64,000 bases of DNA, taken from Candidatus Omnitrophota bacterium (GTDB lineage Bacteria > Omnitrophota > Gorgyraeia > Gygaellales > Profunditerraquicolaceae). Below the pieces are notes generated by a model. It worked only from the letters and a program-made list of their open reading frames with translations, was not told the origin of the DNA and ran no database searches. Each line of letters starts with the position of its first letter. Within the stretch, counting starts at the first letter, position 1. Positions 18,306 to 28,358 of the stretch are shown here, in pieces. The stretch is from the NCBI GenBank assembly GCA_016208765.1, contig JACQXK010000001.1:64218-128217 (forward strand). Reading direction: 5' to 3'. The position numbers and the translations under genes were made by a program.

Positions 18306-19628
18306 ATGAAATTCAATGCCGACCAAACAACAACAAGTGATCATCTCCCTGCACATCTTGATATAAATGATGAATTCAAGTCAGCATTTAATCTTATGGA
18401 GTATACCAAAGAATGCCTTTTTATCACAGGTAAGGCTGGTACTGGTAAATCAACTCTTCTAAAATATTTTAAGGCCAATACGGGTAAAAAGATAATTGTG
18501 TTAGCCCCGACAGGTGTCGCGGCCATCAATGTAGGTGGCCAGACTATTCATTCCTTCTTTAGGTTGCCTCCAAAGTTCATTCAAAAAGATACCATAAAGC
18601 GCCTTAGAGACAGGGGCCTGATTGAGAACCTTGATATGGTAATAATAGACGAGGTATCAATGGTTCGCTCAGATCTTATGGATGGGATTGACCATGCATT
18701 ACGTCTCAACCGCGGTAAAATGAAGGCGCCGTTTGGCGGAGTACAAATGGTATTCTTTGGAGACCTTTTTCAGTTATCTCCCGTGGTTCAGAATGAAGCA
18801 AGGGAGATATTGGAAGAGCGATATTCAAGTCCTTATTTTTTTAGCGCTAAAGTGTTTGACGATTTCAATATCAGGCCCCTCGAGTTGTCGACTATATATA
18901 GACAAAAAGATAGTTCGTTCATGGAACTTTTAAATAGGGTTAGGAACAAGGAGCACACTAAAGAGGATCTGAAGATATTAAATAATAGGGTCCAAGAAAA
19001 TACAGCGGTTTTTAAGAAGGATGAGACGGTGATCCTGACAACGACGAACAGTTTGGCAAACGCAATAAATCAGGAGCGCTTATCAAAACTTCCCGGTAAA
19101 GAGATCACATACGAGGCTGTGGCATGCGGGAAATTTGAAGAGTCGGCATATCCGACTGATGCATCCTTAAAACTCAAAAAGGGCGCGCAGGTAATGCTCT
19201 TAAAAAATGATCCCGACAAACAATGGGTCAACGGTACGCTTGCCAAAGTCGCCGTTTTATCAAAAGGTTCAATAGTCGTGGATATCAACGGGAGTACATT
19301 TGATGTCCCCGTTGTCAAATGGCAGAAGATTGAGTATAGTTACAACGAGGATGAAGATAAGATAGAAGATAAGGTTGTGGGGGATTTCGCGCAATATCCC
19401 ATAAAGCTTGCTTGGGCCATAACTATCCACAAAAGCCAGGGTCAAACTTTCGATAGGGTCATAATTGACCTGGGGCATGGAGCATTTACTCATGGCCAGT
19501 TATATGTCGCACTTAGCAGATGCACCTGTTTGGATGGCATAAGGTTTAAGCGTCCGGTAATCCACGGCGACATCATATTTGACCGGCGTATCTATGAGTT
19601 TAAGGAGCGGTTCGTCAGTTTATTTTAA
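18306..19628 (+). CDS. Pif1/RecD-like SF1B helicase
   Basis: GKAGTGKST, APTGVAA, DEVSM, FGGVQ..FGDLFQL, YRQ, AITIHKSQG, YVALSR. Confidence 0.9.
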   Translation: MKFNADQTTTSDHLPAHLDINDEFKSAFNLMEYTKECLFITGKAGTGKSTLLKYFKANTGKKIIVLAPTGVAAINVGGQTIHSFFRLPPKFIQKDTIKRLRDRGLIENLDMVIIDEVSMVRSDLMDGIDHALRLNRGKMKAPFGGVQMVFFGDLFQLSPVVQNEAREILEERYSSPYFFSAKVFDDFNIRPLELSTIYRQKDSSFMELLNRVRNKEHTKEDLKILNNRVQENTAVFKKDETVILTTTNSLANAINQERLSKLPGKEITYEAVACGKFEESAYPTDASLKLKKGAQVMLLKNDPDKQWVNGTLAKVAVLSKGSIVVDINGSTFDVPVVKWQKIEYSYNEDEDKIEDKVVGDFAQYPIKLAWAITIHKSQGQTFDRVIIDLGHGAFTHGQLYVALSRCTCLDGIRFKRPVIHGDIIFDRRIYEFKERFVSLF

Positions 19629-19697
19629 TTGTTCGTTTTTCTACATGATTGTTTTCCCTCTAGAATTCCAGGGATAAAATATTAAATTACAATACTT

Positions 19698-21008
19698 ATG
19701 AATACAAGAGCCCTGCTTTTTAATTTACCTCCTTTGGGAGGCGATCTTTTTCCTATATCTCTAGGTTATATTGCCGCAAGCCTGGCCAAGCATAACATTG
19801 ATTCAGTTATTGCTGAAATAGATTCGCTTACTATTTTTACGGATAAGTCGATCAGCAGGTTTGTGGTTAAATATAAACCTGCGGTAGTGGGTTTGGCGGT
19901 ATATCAAGTTAATATCCGTCTGGCAATGCAATTGACAAAGCTGATCAAAATGTGTGATCCGTCTATCGTGGTTGTTTTGGGTGGCCCTCAGGCGACTTTT
20001 ATGCCTGGCCGGGCATTAATGCAGATGCCTGATGTTGATGTGATCATTCGGGGAGAAGGGGAAGTGGTGATGCCTGCCCTTATTAATTGCTTGGAGAAGC
20101 AGGGAGATATCACAAAAGTAAAAGGTATAGCATTCCGACTAGAGGGTGAGGTCTATGAAACAGCCTCTCAGCCGTTTGTCCGTAACTTGGATACATTTCC
20201 TTCTCCTTATCAGACAGGCGTATTCCGTTGGAGCGATCATACCGGAGCGGCGATGCTCACTTCCCGCGGTTGCACTTATAACTGTAATTTTTGTTATACC
20301 CCGCGAGCTTTTAACCGGACTATCCGGGTGCATTCGACTCGCCGCGTGCTCGCAGATATGAATATCTGCGTTAAGAACGGGATCCGTAGATTTTTCTTTG
20401 CTGATCCTTCTTTTACCTTTGATAAGAAACGGGTCAGGGCGATCATGCGAGGCATCATTAAGAAACGCTGGGAAATTGAGATATGGTGTGAGACGCGCGC
20501 TGAATTAGTGGACGCGGACCTGCTTAATCTTATGGCCAGCGCAGGGGTGAAATATCTTGCTTATGGCCTGGAGTCAGTTGATCCGGTGGTAAACAGGGCG
20601 ATTAATAAACGGATCGATCTGCGTCAGTTTGAAGAGACCATTAAATTAACTCAATCCGCTGGTATTGAAGCTGAGGTTTTTACTTTGTATGGCCTGCCAA
20701 AACAGACGCGGCAGTCATGCCTTGAGACCTTGAATTTTTTGCAGGATTTAGGCGTTAAGATCATTGGTAATTCTGCCGGTCAGCAGTTAATTCTTTTTTT
20801 CGGCACGGATGTTCTGGATAATCCGCGGAAATACGGTATCCGTTTGTTCAAAAAATTCCGGCCGCTGTATTTTTCAGCGGGCGCTGATTTTGAGACCGAT
20901 TGGATGACAACTCGGGATATTGCTTTTGTAGCCAGAAAATACGAGTCTGCTTCTACGGGTAAAAATTCCCGCGGAAAAGGGTGTATAAGTTTGCTAACCG
21001 GTAAATGA
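19698..21008 (+). CDS. Cobalamin-binding radical SAM protein
   Basis: VVLGGPQAT, GEGE, SRGCTYNCNFC, YGLES. Confidence 0.9.
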   Translation: MNTRALLFNLPPLGGDLFPISLGYIAASLAKHNIDSVIAEIDSLTIFTDKSISRFVVKYKPAVVGLAVYQVNIRLAMQLTKLIKMCDPSIVVVLGGPQATFMPGRALMQMPDVDVIIRGEGEVVMPALINCLEKQGDITKVKGIAFRLEGEVYETASQPFVRNLDTFPSPYQTGVFRWSDHTGAAMLTSRGCTYNCNFCYTPRAFNRTIRVHSTRRVLADMNICVKNGIRRFFFADPSFTFDKKRVRAIMRGIIKKRWEIEIWCETRAELVDADLLNLMASAGVKYLAYGLESVDPVVNRAINKRIDLRQFEETIKLTQSAGIEAEVFTLYGLPKQTRQSCLETLNFLQDLGVKIIGNSAGQQLILFFGTDVLDNPRKYGIRLFKKFRPLYFSAGADFETDWMTTRDIAFVARKYESASTGKNSRGKGCISLLTGK

Positions 21009-21305
21009 AAAACAGCTGTTTATCGTCAATATCCGGACAAAACGGACATTCCTGCTTCGCCTTCGGCTTAGCAGGATTTTGCTAGATAGAAGCTTAATGT
21101 GCTCAATTTCGCGAGGAATTATTTCTATAGATTCAGAATATTCTTGATATATTGAGGTATTACGCATATAATTAGGCTAATAAATTTGTAGAGGTTTTGC
21201 TTCGGCTCATAAGAGAGGGATCTTGATACTTTCTCAAGTTTTAACTTATATCTAAGTAACCGAAAATTGCTATTTCCTTAAAATAAATTGGGAATAGAGA
21301 GTTGA

Positions 21306-21378
21306 AGAATTAGTAATTACAAAGCAAATATTTTAAGCCAGAAAGCCGGACTTGTTTTGCAATTCTGTGATAATTAGA
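21306..21378. repeat. 73-bp imperfect palindromic intergenic repeat, copy 2
   Basis: AGAATTAGTAATTACAAAGCAAAT...CTTGTTTTGCAATTCTGTGATAATTAGA; matches 15120-15192. Confidence 0.8.
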
Positions 21379-21458
21379 AGTTTATATAAATCTTCTGTTA
21401 TATTGTCGAGTCACGCCGAACACAGTAGTTTAGTTTTAGAGAAGGAGGGTTAAGCAAG

Positions 21459-22283
21459 ATGACAATAAGCATGCGGGAAAAAAAGTTAGTCTTAGATTTG
21501 GGTGATAGCGTAAAGATGGATTTGGTGCAGATTCCTGCGGGAAAGTTTCTGATGGGCTCTCCTGAAACTGAGAAGGGGCACAGCATTTATGAAGGGCCGC
21601 AGCACGAGGTAACTTTTGCTAAGCCTTTTTATATGAGTGCTTATCTGGTAACAAGGGCACAATGGGTCCAGATAATGGGTGGCGACCCTAGTGAATGTTC
21701 AAAACACCACAAAGCTCGTTTTCTTCATCCAGAGCATTTGGGGCAGATGGTGGCTGGCGACCCCAGCCAGATGCCGGGTAAATCTGATCAGCCGGTAGAT
21801 AGCGTAAGTTGGAAGGATGCCCAGGAATTTTGTTCAAAGGTAAGTGCTTTGATTGGTAAAAATGTCCGCCTGCCTAGTGAGGCAGAATGGGAATATGCCT
21901 GTCGGGCCGGGTCAACTACCCGTTTTTGCTTCGGAGATGATTCTGATGGCAGCAAGTTAACCGAATATGCCTGGTTTACCGCCAATAGCGACGATTATAC
22001 ATATCCCGTAGGCCAGAAGAAGCCCAATGCCTGGGGATTATACGATATGCATGGCAATGTCGTGGAGTGGTGCCAGGATGGGCTTCACTATACTTACGAT
22101 GGTGCGCCAAAGGACGGCAGCGTTTGGGAGATTGATGCAAAAGTAACTCCATCGGGGGTTTGCCGCATGATGCGCGGCGGGTGCAACAATAGCCATGCCG
22201 AGGGTTGCCGTTCAGCAGGTCGCGACTGGGGCCCTTGTAAAAACCGCTGTGGCGATGTTGGTTTCAGAGTAGTCGTCTGGTAA
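21459..22283 (+). CDS. Formylglycine-generating enzyme (FGE-sulfatase) domain protein
   Basis: FLMGS, P.HEV, RLPSEAEWEYACRAG, PNAWGLYDMHGNV.EW, GFR. Confidence 0.92.
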   Translation: MTISMREKKLVLDLGDSVKMDLVQIPAGKFLMGSPETEKGHSIYEGPQHEVTFAKPFYMSAYLVTRAQWVQIMGGDPSECSKHHKARFLHPEHLGQMVAGDPSQMPGKSDQPVDSVSWKDAQEFCSKVSALIGKNVRLPSEAEWEYACRAGSTTRFCFGDDSDGSKLTEYAWFTANSDDYTYPVGQKKPNAWGLYDMHGNVVEWCQDGLHYTYDGAPKDGSVWEIDAKVTPSGVCRMMRGGCNNSHAEGCRSAGRDWGPCKNRCGDVGFRVVVW

Positions 22284-22328
22284 CTTCTAATTTCGGAATA
22301 CTAAGAATATAAGGCGTTTTAAATAACC

Positions 22329-22374
22329 AACTGTAAAGTCAGGAATTACAAAACAAATATTTAGAAATAGAAAG
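22329..22374. repeat. Left half of the 73-bp repeat, copy 3
   Basis: AACTGTAAAGTCAGGAATTACAAAACAAATATTTAGAAATAGAAA aligns with 15114-15158. Confidence 0.7.
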
Positions 22375-22556
22375 TTGTGTTTGAATAGTTAGCAAGAAGC
22401 CAGCCGTCCAAGGCTGACGGATCGGCTTGGTTATTTCCCTCCGTAAATATTAATTTCCAACTTAATCTTAAGATTGTCTTGACATAGGGCCAGTGTTAAT
22501 GTACACTATATGTATATCTCACATATATGAAAGAATAATTAAAAGGAGAAAACAAT

Positions 22557-22958
22557 ATGTTTGAAAATGGCCATCTGGCGAAGAAATATAAAATTAAGAA
22601 GTGCGAATGCCCGAGTGGGAAGATGATGCGGTTTGTGGAGCCGTGCCTTTTGTTTTTTATTTCTCAACATGTTTCTTACGGCTACGAGTTAATGGCTAAA
22701 CTGGATAGGTTCGGATTCCCTAAAGCTAATCCTGACCCGGCGATGGTGTATAGAACGCTTCGTTACCTGGAAAAGGAAGGTTTTGTTTTATCAAGGTGGG
22801 ATACAAAGGGCGCAGGTCCCGCAAAAAGGATTTATGAGTTAACGCAGAAAGGCTTAGGGCTACTTCATCTGTGGGCGCAGAGCATTGCAACGAGAAAGAA
22901 GGTCCTAGGAAAGTTTCTGGCGCTATATGATGAGCGTTTTAAAGATAAAAAGAAATAA
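22557..22958 (+). CDS. PadR family transcriptional regulator
   Basis: SYGYEL, VYRTLR.LEKEG, GPAKRIYELT.KG. Confidence 0.92.
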   Translation: MFENGHLAKKYKIKKCECPSGKMMRFVEPCLLFFISQHVSYGYELMAKLDRFGFPKANPDPAMVYRTLRYLEKEGFVLSRWDTKGAGPAKRIYELTQKGLGLLHLWAQSIATRKKVLGKFLALYDERFKDKKK

Positions 22959-22980
22959 ACCAGGGACCAAGGAGGTTTAC

Positions 22981-24096
22981 GTGAAAAAATTGATTTTTGC
23001 CTTGTTTTTAGTCATCTCGCTATCCGGGATAGCATTTGCAGGCAGTTTCTTATTCCGCGGTAAAACAGAAAATAAATTTTCATACGAGACAGTGGATGTA
23101 AAAAAGAAAAATATCGGCTCATCTATTCTTGCAACCGGCTCGGTAAAGCCCATTATTGGCGCAGAGGTTAAAGTGGGCGCACGTATTTCTGGAAAGGTTG
23201 AGCACCTTTATGCCAATATCGGAGATAAGATTGAAAAAGATCAAGTCATAGCTGAATTAGAAAAAAGAGATCTGGAGGCTCAAGTAGCTTTAGGCGAAGC
23301 TAATCTTAAGGCGTCAGAGGCCGGGGTTGGCGTGTCCAAGGCGTCATTCTGGCCAGCGTTAAGTGCTGAGACAGATTATGGAGCGCAAGGCACAACATAT
23401 TTTCCCCAAACGGGCCAGAATTTTGCCGGCCTAAAAGTAACCATGCCGATTTTTAACGGTCAGGATTTATATACAATTAAACAGTCAAAGGCAACTAAAG
23501 AAGCTACCAAGGCCGCACTTGATTACGCTAAAGTTCAATTATCGTATGCGACTATTACGAGCCCTATTTCCGGAGTTATCGCTTCAGTAAGCACTCAGGA
23601 AGGAGAGACCGTTGCTGCCGGACTTCTTGCGCCTACGTTTGTCACAATAATCGACCTTTCAAGACTTCAAGTTGATGCCTTTGTGGATGAGACTGATATC
23701 GGCCGGGTTAAGGTGGGACAGAAGGCGGTATTTACTGTTGATACTTATCCGGATAAAGAATTTACCGGCAAAGTAAGGGCAATTTATCCAAAAGCTATTA
23801 TTCAGGAGAACGTGGTTAACTTTGACGTCGTCATTGAGATTGATGATCCGGATATTGAGCTTCTGCGGCCTGATATGACTACTAGTGTGACCATCTATCA
23901 GGAAGAAAGAACAGGGGTATTGGTGATTCCTCGTTCGGCAGTTGTTAAGGAAGAGAATGAAAAGTTTGTTTTTGTAAAGGAGCCTTCCGGATATTTTGAG
24001 AAAAAAGAGATTAAAACCGGCATACAAAGCGGAAAAGATATTGAGGTGATCTCCGGCCTTAAAGAAGGTGACGTTATCGGTATTAAACGGGAATAA
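22981..24096 (+). CDS. MacA-like periplasmic adaptor with an internal TolC/OEP-like segment
   Basis: GTG start after AAGGAGG; VGARISGKV, ITSPISGVI, VDETDIGRVKVGQ, LRPDMT; insert SFWPALS...GLKVTMPIFNG. Confidence 0.85.
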   Translation: MKKLIFALFLVISLSGIAFAGSFLFRGKTENKFSYETVDVKKKNIGSSILATGSVKPIIGAEVKVGARISGKVEHLYANIGDKIEKDQVIAELEKRDLEAQVALGEANLKASEAGVGVSKASFWPALSAETDYGAQGTTYFPQTGQNFAGLKVTMPIFNGQDLYTIKQSKATKEATKAALDYAKVQLSYATITSPISGVIASVSTQEGETVAAGLLAPTFVTIIDLSRLQVDAFVDETDIGRVKVGQKAVFTVDTYPDKEFTGKVRAIYPKAIIQENVVNFDVVIEIDDPDIELLRPDMTTSVTIYQEERTGVLVIPRSAVVKEENEKFVFVKEPSGYFEKKEIKTGIQSGKDIEVISGLKEGDVIGIKRE

Positions 24097-24110
24097 GAAG
24101 GGGGATTTCG

Positions 24111-24788
24111 ATGATAGAGTTTAACGATATTGCCAAATCTTTTACGAGCGGCGCGATAAAAACAGAAGTTCTTAAGGGGGTTTCTTTTAAGGTAGATAAG
24201 GGAGAGTTTGTTTCTATTATGGCGCCTTCAGGGACAGGCAAGACTACTTTGTTGAATGTCCTTGGATGTTTAATGAAAGCAACGAGCGGTTCATATTTAT
24301 TTGAGGGGCGGGATATTGAGACTTTAAATGACGATCAGCTTTCCGAAATCAGGAATAAGAAGATAGGCTTTGTTTTTCAGACATTCAATCTTTTGGAGAA
24401 AACAAGCGCGCTTGATAATGTGCTTTTGCCTCTTGTGTATTCGGATATATATCCTGCCGACGCCTCAAAAAAAGCCGTGGGGCTTTTAGAAGCAGTAGGC
24501 TTAAAAGAAAGGGTTCATTATAAACCGAATGAGCTTTCCGGAGGCCAGCAGCAGAGAGTTGCGATTGCCCGCGCCCTTATCAATGATCCTGCGGTTATTT
24601 TTGCAGATGAGCCTACGGGTAATTTGGATAGCGCATCAGCAAAGGAAATTATGGAAATATTTAAGTCATTGCACAGCCAGGGCAGGACGATCATTGTGGT
24701 TACGCATGATAGCGGTATTGCCCGGCAGGCCGAAAGGGCTATATATTTAAAAGACGGCAGGGTTGATAAGGAAGAGGTGCTGAAATGA
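24111..24788 (+). CDS. MacB/LolD-type ABC ATPase
   Basis: [42 protein letters not shown]. Confidence 0.95.
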   Translation: MIEFNDIAKSFTSGAIKTEVLKGVSFKVDKGEFVSIMAPSGTGKTTLLNVLGCLMKATSGSYLFEGRDIETLNDDQLSEIRNKKIGFVFQTFNLLEKTSALDNVLLPLVYSDIYPADASKKAVGLLEAVGLKERVHYKPNELSGGQQQRVAIARALINDPAVIFADEPTGNLDSASAKEIMEIFKSLHSQGRTIIVVTHDSGIARQAERAIYLKDGRVDKEEVLK

Positions 24789-24839
24789 CCCGTTTGATTA
24801 CGCTCAGGGCCATCCTGAGTGACTGAAAGGAATCGAAGG

Positions 24840-26051
24840 ATGAAAATATTCAGGATTACCAGTGTCTCTTTGGGTGCCGTAGTAAAGCATAAGGTGCGCA
24901 CGCTTCTTATTGTATTAGCTATTGTGGTCGGTATTGCCACACTTACCGTGATCGTGGCTTTGACGCAAGGCGCCAATAAAACAATCTTACAGCGTATAAA
25001 TAATTTCGGTCCGGATGCGATCATGATTCATTCCGGTGGCGGGCAGATGCGGGGGCCTTCAACAGTTTCTGAGGCCAACCTGACAAAAAAAGATATAGCT
25101 GACATTGAGAATATCGACGGGGTAAGGCTGGTTTCACCTTTCCAAGTATCTCTGGATATGCCGGTAAAATACGGCAACAAGTTTACTACCTCGTGGGTTT
25201 TTGGGGTTGAACAAAACTGGCAGGAGACATGGAGAAGGGGCGCCTTAAAGGGGGATTTTATTTCCGATTCGGACAATGAGCAGCTTTCCAAGGTTTGTGT
25301 TATTGGACAAACGGCGGCAAGGGACCTCTTTGGTGATGTCAACCCAATTGGCGAAGATATCATGATTGAGAATGTTTCTTTTAAGATTGTCGGGATTTTG
25401 AAGAAAGCGGGACAATCTCCTATCGGGACTGATTTTGATAATCTTATTCTTATTCCATTTACAACGGCTTCCCGAAGGCTGATGAACCAGTCCCTTTATA
25501 TCAGTATGGCAAGGACGGTTGTTTATCGTTCCTCACAGATAAAAAATGTTACTAAAAAGATACGAGAAATTCTTCGGGAGAATCACCATCTTTCTGTTAC
25601 AGAAGAGGATGACTTTAAGATTACAAGCCCTGAGGAAATAACCAAAATGATTAAAAGCACTTCCGAGACCCTTGCTTTATTTTTGTGGCTTGTGGGAATT
25701 ATCTCGCCACTTGTCGGAGGCATTGTACTTATGAATATTATGCTCATGGCGGTTTCGGAGCGTAAAAGAGAGATTGGTTTAAGAAGGGCAGTGGGTGCCA
25801 AGAAAAAACATATTATTTTTCAATTTCTCGCAGAGTCTCTTATGCTTACCTTTACTGGCGGTTTATTCGGGGTTGTTATCGGTTTTGCGGTTTCCTTTAT
25901 ATTTAGCTTTTTCGGCAAACCTATTAGCATCAGCTGGCAGCCGTTTGCGGTCGCATTTATATTTTCAAGCCTTATCGGGTTGATTTTTGGTATTTATCCG
26001 GCAAGAAAAGCGGCATCTCTTGATCCGGCAAGCGCCTTAAGCCAAAAATGA
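24840..26051 (+). CDS. MacB-type ABC permease
   Basis: [38 protein letters not shown]. Confidence 0.93.
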   Translation: MKIFRITSVSLGAVVKHKVRTLLIVLAIVVGIATLTVIVALTQGANKTILQRINNFGPDAIMIHSGGGQMRGPSTVSEANLTKKDIADIENIDGVRLVSPFQVSLDMPVKYGNKFTTSWVFGVEQNWQETWRRGALKGDFISDSDNEQLSKVCVIGQTAARDLFGDVNPIGEDIMIENVSFKIVGILKKAGQSPIGTDFDNLILIPFTTASRRLMNQSLYISMARTVVYRSSQIKNVTKKIREILRENHHLSVTEEDDFKITSPEEITKMIKSTSETLALFLWLVGIISPLVGGIVLMNIMLMAVSERKREIGLRRAVGAKKKHIIFQFLAESLMLTFTGGLFGVVIGFAVSFIFSFFGKPISISWQPFAVAFIFSSLIGLIFGIYPARKAASLDPASALSQK

Positions 26052-27268
26052 AGATTGCCAAGAATATACTTATATCCAAGAAAATATTGCTTGAACGAAA
26101 AGTAAGGACAATTTTATCTCTTTCGGGGATTATCGTTGGTGTTTCAGCTGTTATCGTTATGGTGGCTTTAGGTAAGGGGACGGAAGAAAAAGTCACATCC
26201 CAGATTACAAGAATGGGAAGCAATCTTTTGTTTGTTAATGCGGGACAAGTCAGAATTATAGCAGGAAGAGCCAGGCAGACAAAGATTGTAACCACACTTG
26301 AGTTAAAAGATGCTGATTATATTGCAGAAAACGCATCAGCCGCGCAATATGTTGCTCCAGCCCAGCAAAAGAAAATGAAGGTTAAATACGGCAACTTAAG
26401 CACAAGCACCAGTATTGTAGGAACGACTTCTGATATCACGGCAATTCAGAGCCACTCTTTATTAGAAGGGAGATTCTTTGACGATGCCGAGGATAAAGGC
26501 TTGAGAAGAGTCGCAGTTATTGGGAAAACAGTCGTAAAAAATATATTTGAGAACCAAGAGCCGACGGGGGAGACAATACTGATAGGTAAGGTGCCTTTTG
26601 AAGTCATCGGAGTTTTATCTCCCAAGGGGCTTGACCTTTACGGATCTGACCAGGATGACCGGATTTTTATTCCGGTTAGAACAGCTTTACGCAGGCTTTT
26701 TAACCTGGACTATATTAATACGATTTATGTGAAAGTTAAAAACGAAAGATTAATGGATGTGGCTTCAAAGGAAATAGATTCTATTTTACGGGAAAGGCAT
26801 CATATAAAGGAAGGCAAAGAAGCCGACTTTACTATTTTGAATCAAGACGCAATTTTAGAAGCACAAAAAGAAAGCAGCAGGACTTTTACTCTTCTTATCG
26901 GTAGTATCGCTGGATTGTCGCTTGTAGTCGGTGGCATTGGAGTTCTGGCGGTTATGCTTATTTCCATCCGGGAAAGAATTAAGGAGATCGGCATAAGAAG
27001 GGCTGTCGGAGCCAAAAGGAAAGATATCCTCGCTCAGTTTTTATCCGAGGCATTGTTGTTAAGTATGGGAGGCGGCTTAATCGGGATTGTTTTAGGCATT
27101 GTTGTAACAGTTATTACGGCAATTTTTGCCAAGGTACCTTTGATTATTCCTCTTGAGACGGTCGCATTGTCATTTTTTGCAACATTTATCATCGGGATGT
27201 TCTTCGGGGTTTATCCGGCAAGGAAGGCGGCGTTTTTGGATCCTATCAAAGCGCTACAAACTGAATAG
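26048..27268 (+). CDS. MacB-type ABC permease (second paralogue)
   Basis: GIIVGVSAVI, VGGIGV, ERIKEIGIRRAVGA, GVYPARKAA.LDPI.AL. Confidence 0.93.
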   Translation: MKIAKNILISKKILLERKVRTILSLSGIIVGVSAVIVMVALGKGTEEKVTSQITRMGSNLLFVNAGQVRIIAGRARQTKIVTTLELKDADYIAENASAAQYVAPAQQKKMKVKYGNLSTSTSIVGTTSDITAIQSHSLLEGRFFDDAEDKGLRRVAVIGKTVVKNIFENQEPTGETILIGKVPFEVIGVLSPKGLDLYGSDQDDRIFIPVRTALRRLFNLDYINTIYVKVKNERLMDVASKEIDSILRERHHIKEGKEADFTILNQDAILEAQKESSRTFTLLIGSIAGLSLVVGGIGVLAVMLISIRERIKEIGIRRAVGAKRKDILAQFLSEALLLSMGGGLIGIVLGIVVTVITAIFAKVPLIIPLETVALSFFATFIIGMFFGVYPARKAAFLDPIKALQTE

Positions 27269-27308
27269 AGATTTTTATGAATTTAAATCTGAAGAAAGGA
27301 GCAGCAAA

Positions 27309-27674
27309 ATGAAACTATGTATTCCCACAGAAACAAATGAAGGCAAGAGTGCAAAAGTTTATGGCCATTTCGGCAGCGCACCGTATTTTACCGTTGTTGA
27401 CACAGAGAAAGATTCCGTAGAGATTATTGATAATGCAAATCAACATCATGCGCATGGGATGTGTCAGCCAATGAATTCGTTAGTCGGTATGAAGATTGAT
27501 GCTGTGGTTACCGGCGGAATGGGTGGTAGGGCGGTCCAAAAGCTTAACGAAGGCGGAATTAAGGCTTATCGGGCTATCCCTGGAACAGTCGCGGATATTG
27601 TTAAGCAGTTTACAAAAGGCGGACTTGAGGAGATAACTGTATCAAATGCCTGCTCCCAGCACGGATGCCATTAG
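27309..27674 (+). CDS. NifB/NifX family (FeMo-cofactor-binding-like) protein
   Basis: HFGSAPYF, HHAHGMC, GGMGGRA; ATG after AAGGAG. Confidence 0.88.
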   Translation: MKLCIPTETNEGKSAKVYGHFGSAPYFTVVDTEKDSVEIIDNANQHHAHGMCQPMNSLVGMKIDAVVTGGMGGRAVQKLNEGGIKAYRAIPGTVADIVKQFTKGGLEEITVSNACSQHGCH

Positions 27675-27686
27675 AGATATTTCTAT

Positions 27687-27875
27687 ATGAATAATATAGT
27701 GTTGATTAATGAGGGTTTGTGTATAGGTTGCGCAAAGTGCGTTGAGTTATGCCCCAAGAAGATTTTATATATAGATGTAAAGACCGGTAAATGCAAGGTG
27801 AGCGATGAATCTAAATGCGATCGCCTGCGTGGATGCGAAAGGATTTGTCCTGTTGATGCCATAAAGATTATTTAA
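27687..27875 (+). CDS. 2[4Fe-4S] ferredoxin
   Basis: CIGCAKCVELCP and CDRLRGCERICP; one ligand is atypical. Confidence 0.88.
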   Translation: MNNIVLINEGLCIGCAKCVELCPKKILYIDVKTGKCKVSDESKCDRLRGCERICPVDAIKII

Positions 27876-27893
27876 AATTAGAGGAGGATTAAA

Positions 27894-28214
27894 ATGAAAA
27901 TAGGAGTTATAATCTCAAGTAACGATGCCGAGACAAGCTGGAATGCATTGCGATATGCGAATTTCTGCCTTGGGCAGAAAGATGAAGCGAAGGTATTTTT
28001 GACCGGTAAAGGCGTTGAATACCAGAACATAAGCACTGAGAAATTTAACACAATTGAGCAGGCAGAAAAATTTCTTCAGGGGGGTGGCAAGATGTTTGCT
28101 TGCGGTACTTGTATAAAATCCCGCAATCAAGAAGGCACAGAAATGTGCCCGATCAACACGATGAAGGATATGTATGAAATAATCAAGGAAAGCGATAAGG
28201 TTGTAACATTTTAA
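27894..28214 (+). CDS. DsrE family protein
   Basis: VFLTGKGVE, ACGTC.KSR, CP, SDKVVTF. Confidence 0.88.
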   Translation: MKIGVIISSNDAETSWNALRYANFCLGQKDEAKVFLTGKGVEYQNISTEKFNTIEQAEKFLQGGGKMFACGTCIKSRNQEGTEMCPINTMKDMYEIIKESDKVVTF

Positions 28215-28358
28215 ATATTAAGTTGGATTTCTATAATATCTGGACTTCAAACAATTTTTAATGTAAGATTTGTTTGCGTTATTACCCGGCTATCCATATT
28301 TTTTAAAACCGGGCAGATGGATATCGTGAAGCAGAGAAATTTATAGAGGTAGATATTC

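Noticed and set aside
27309-27674. Nitrogen fixation inferred from NifX-like, nifS and nifU genes
   Set aside because: These families are widespread in non-diazotrophic anaerobes, and no nifHDK is in the window.
18270-28246. Short ATATC(C/T)GGA motif after three gene ends (about 18273, 21029, 28236)
   Set aside because: Only ~9 bp, which is compatible with chance.
13203-28300. Intact integrative element or prophage at tRNA-His
   Set aside because: No integrase, phage structural genes or duplicated tRNA-His 3' end was found.
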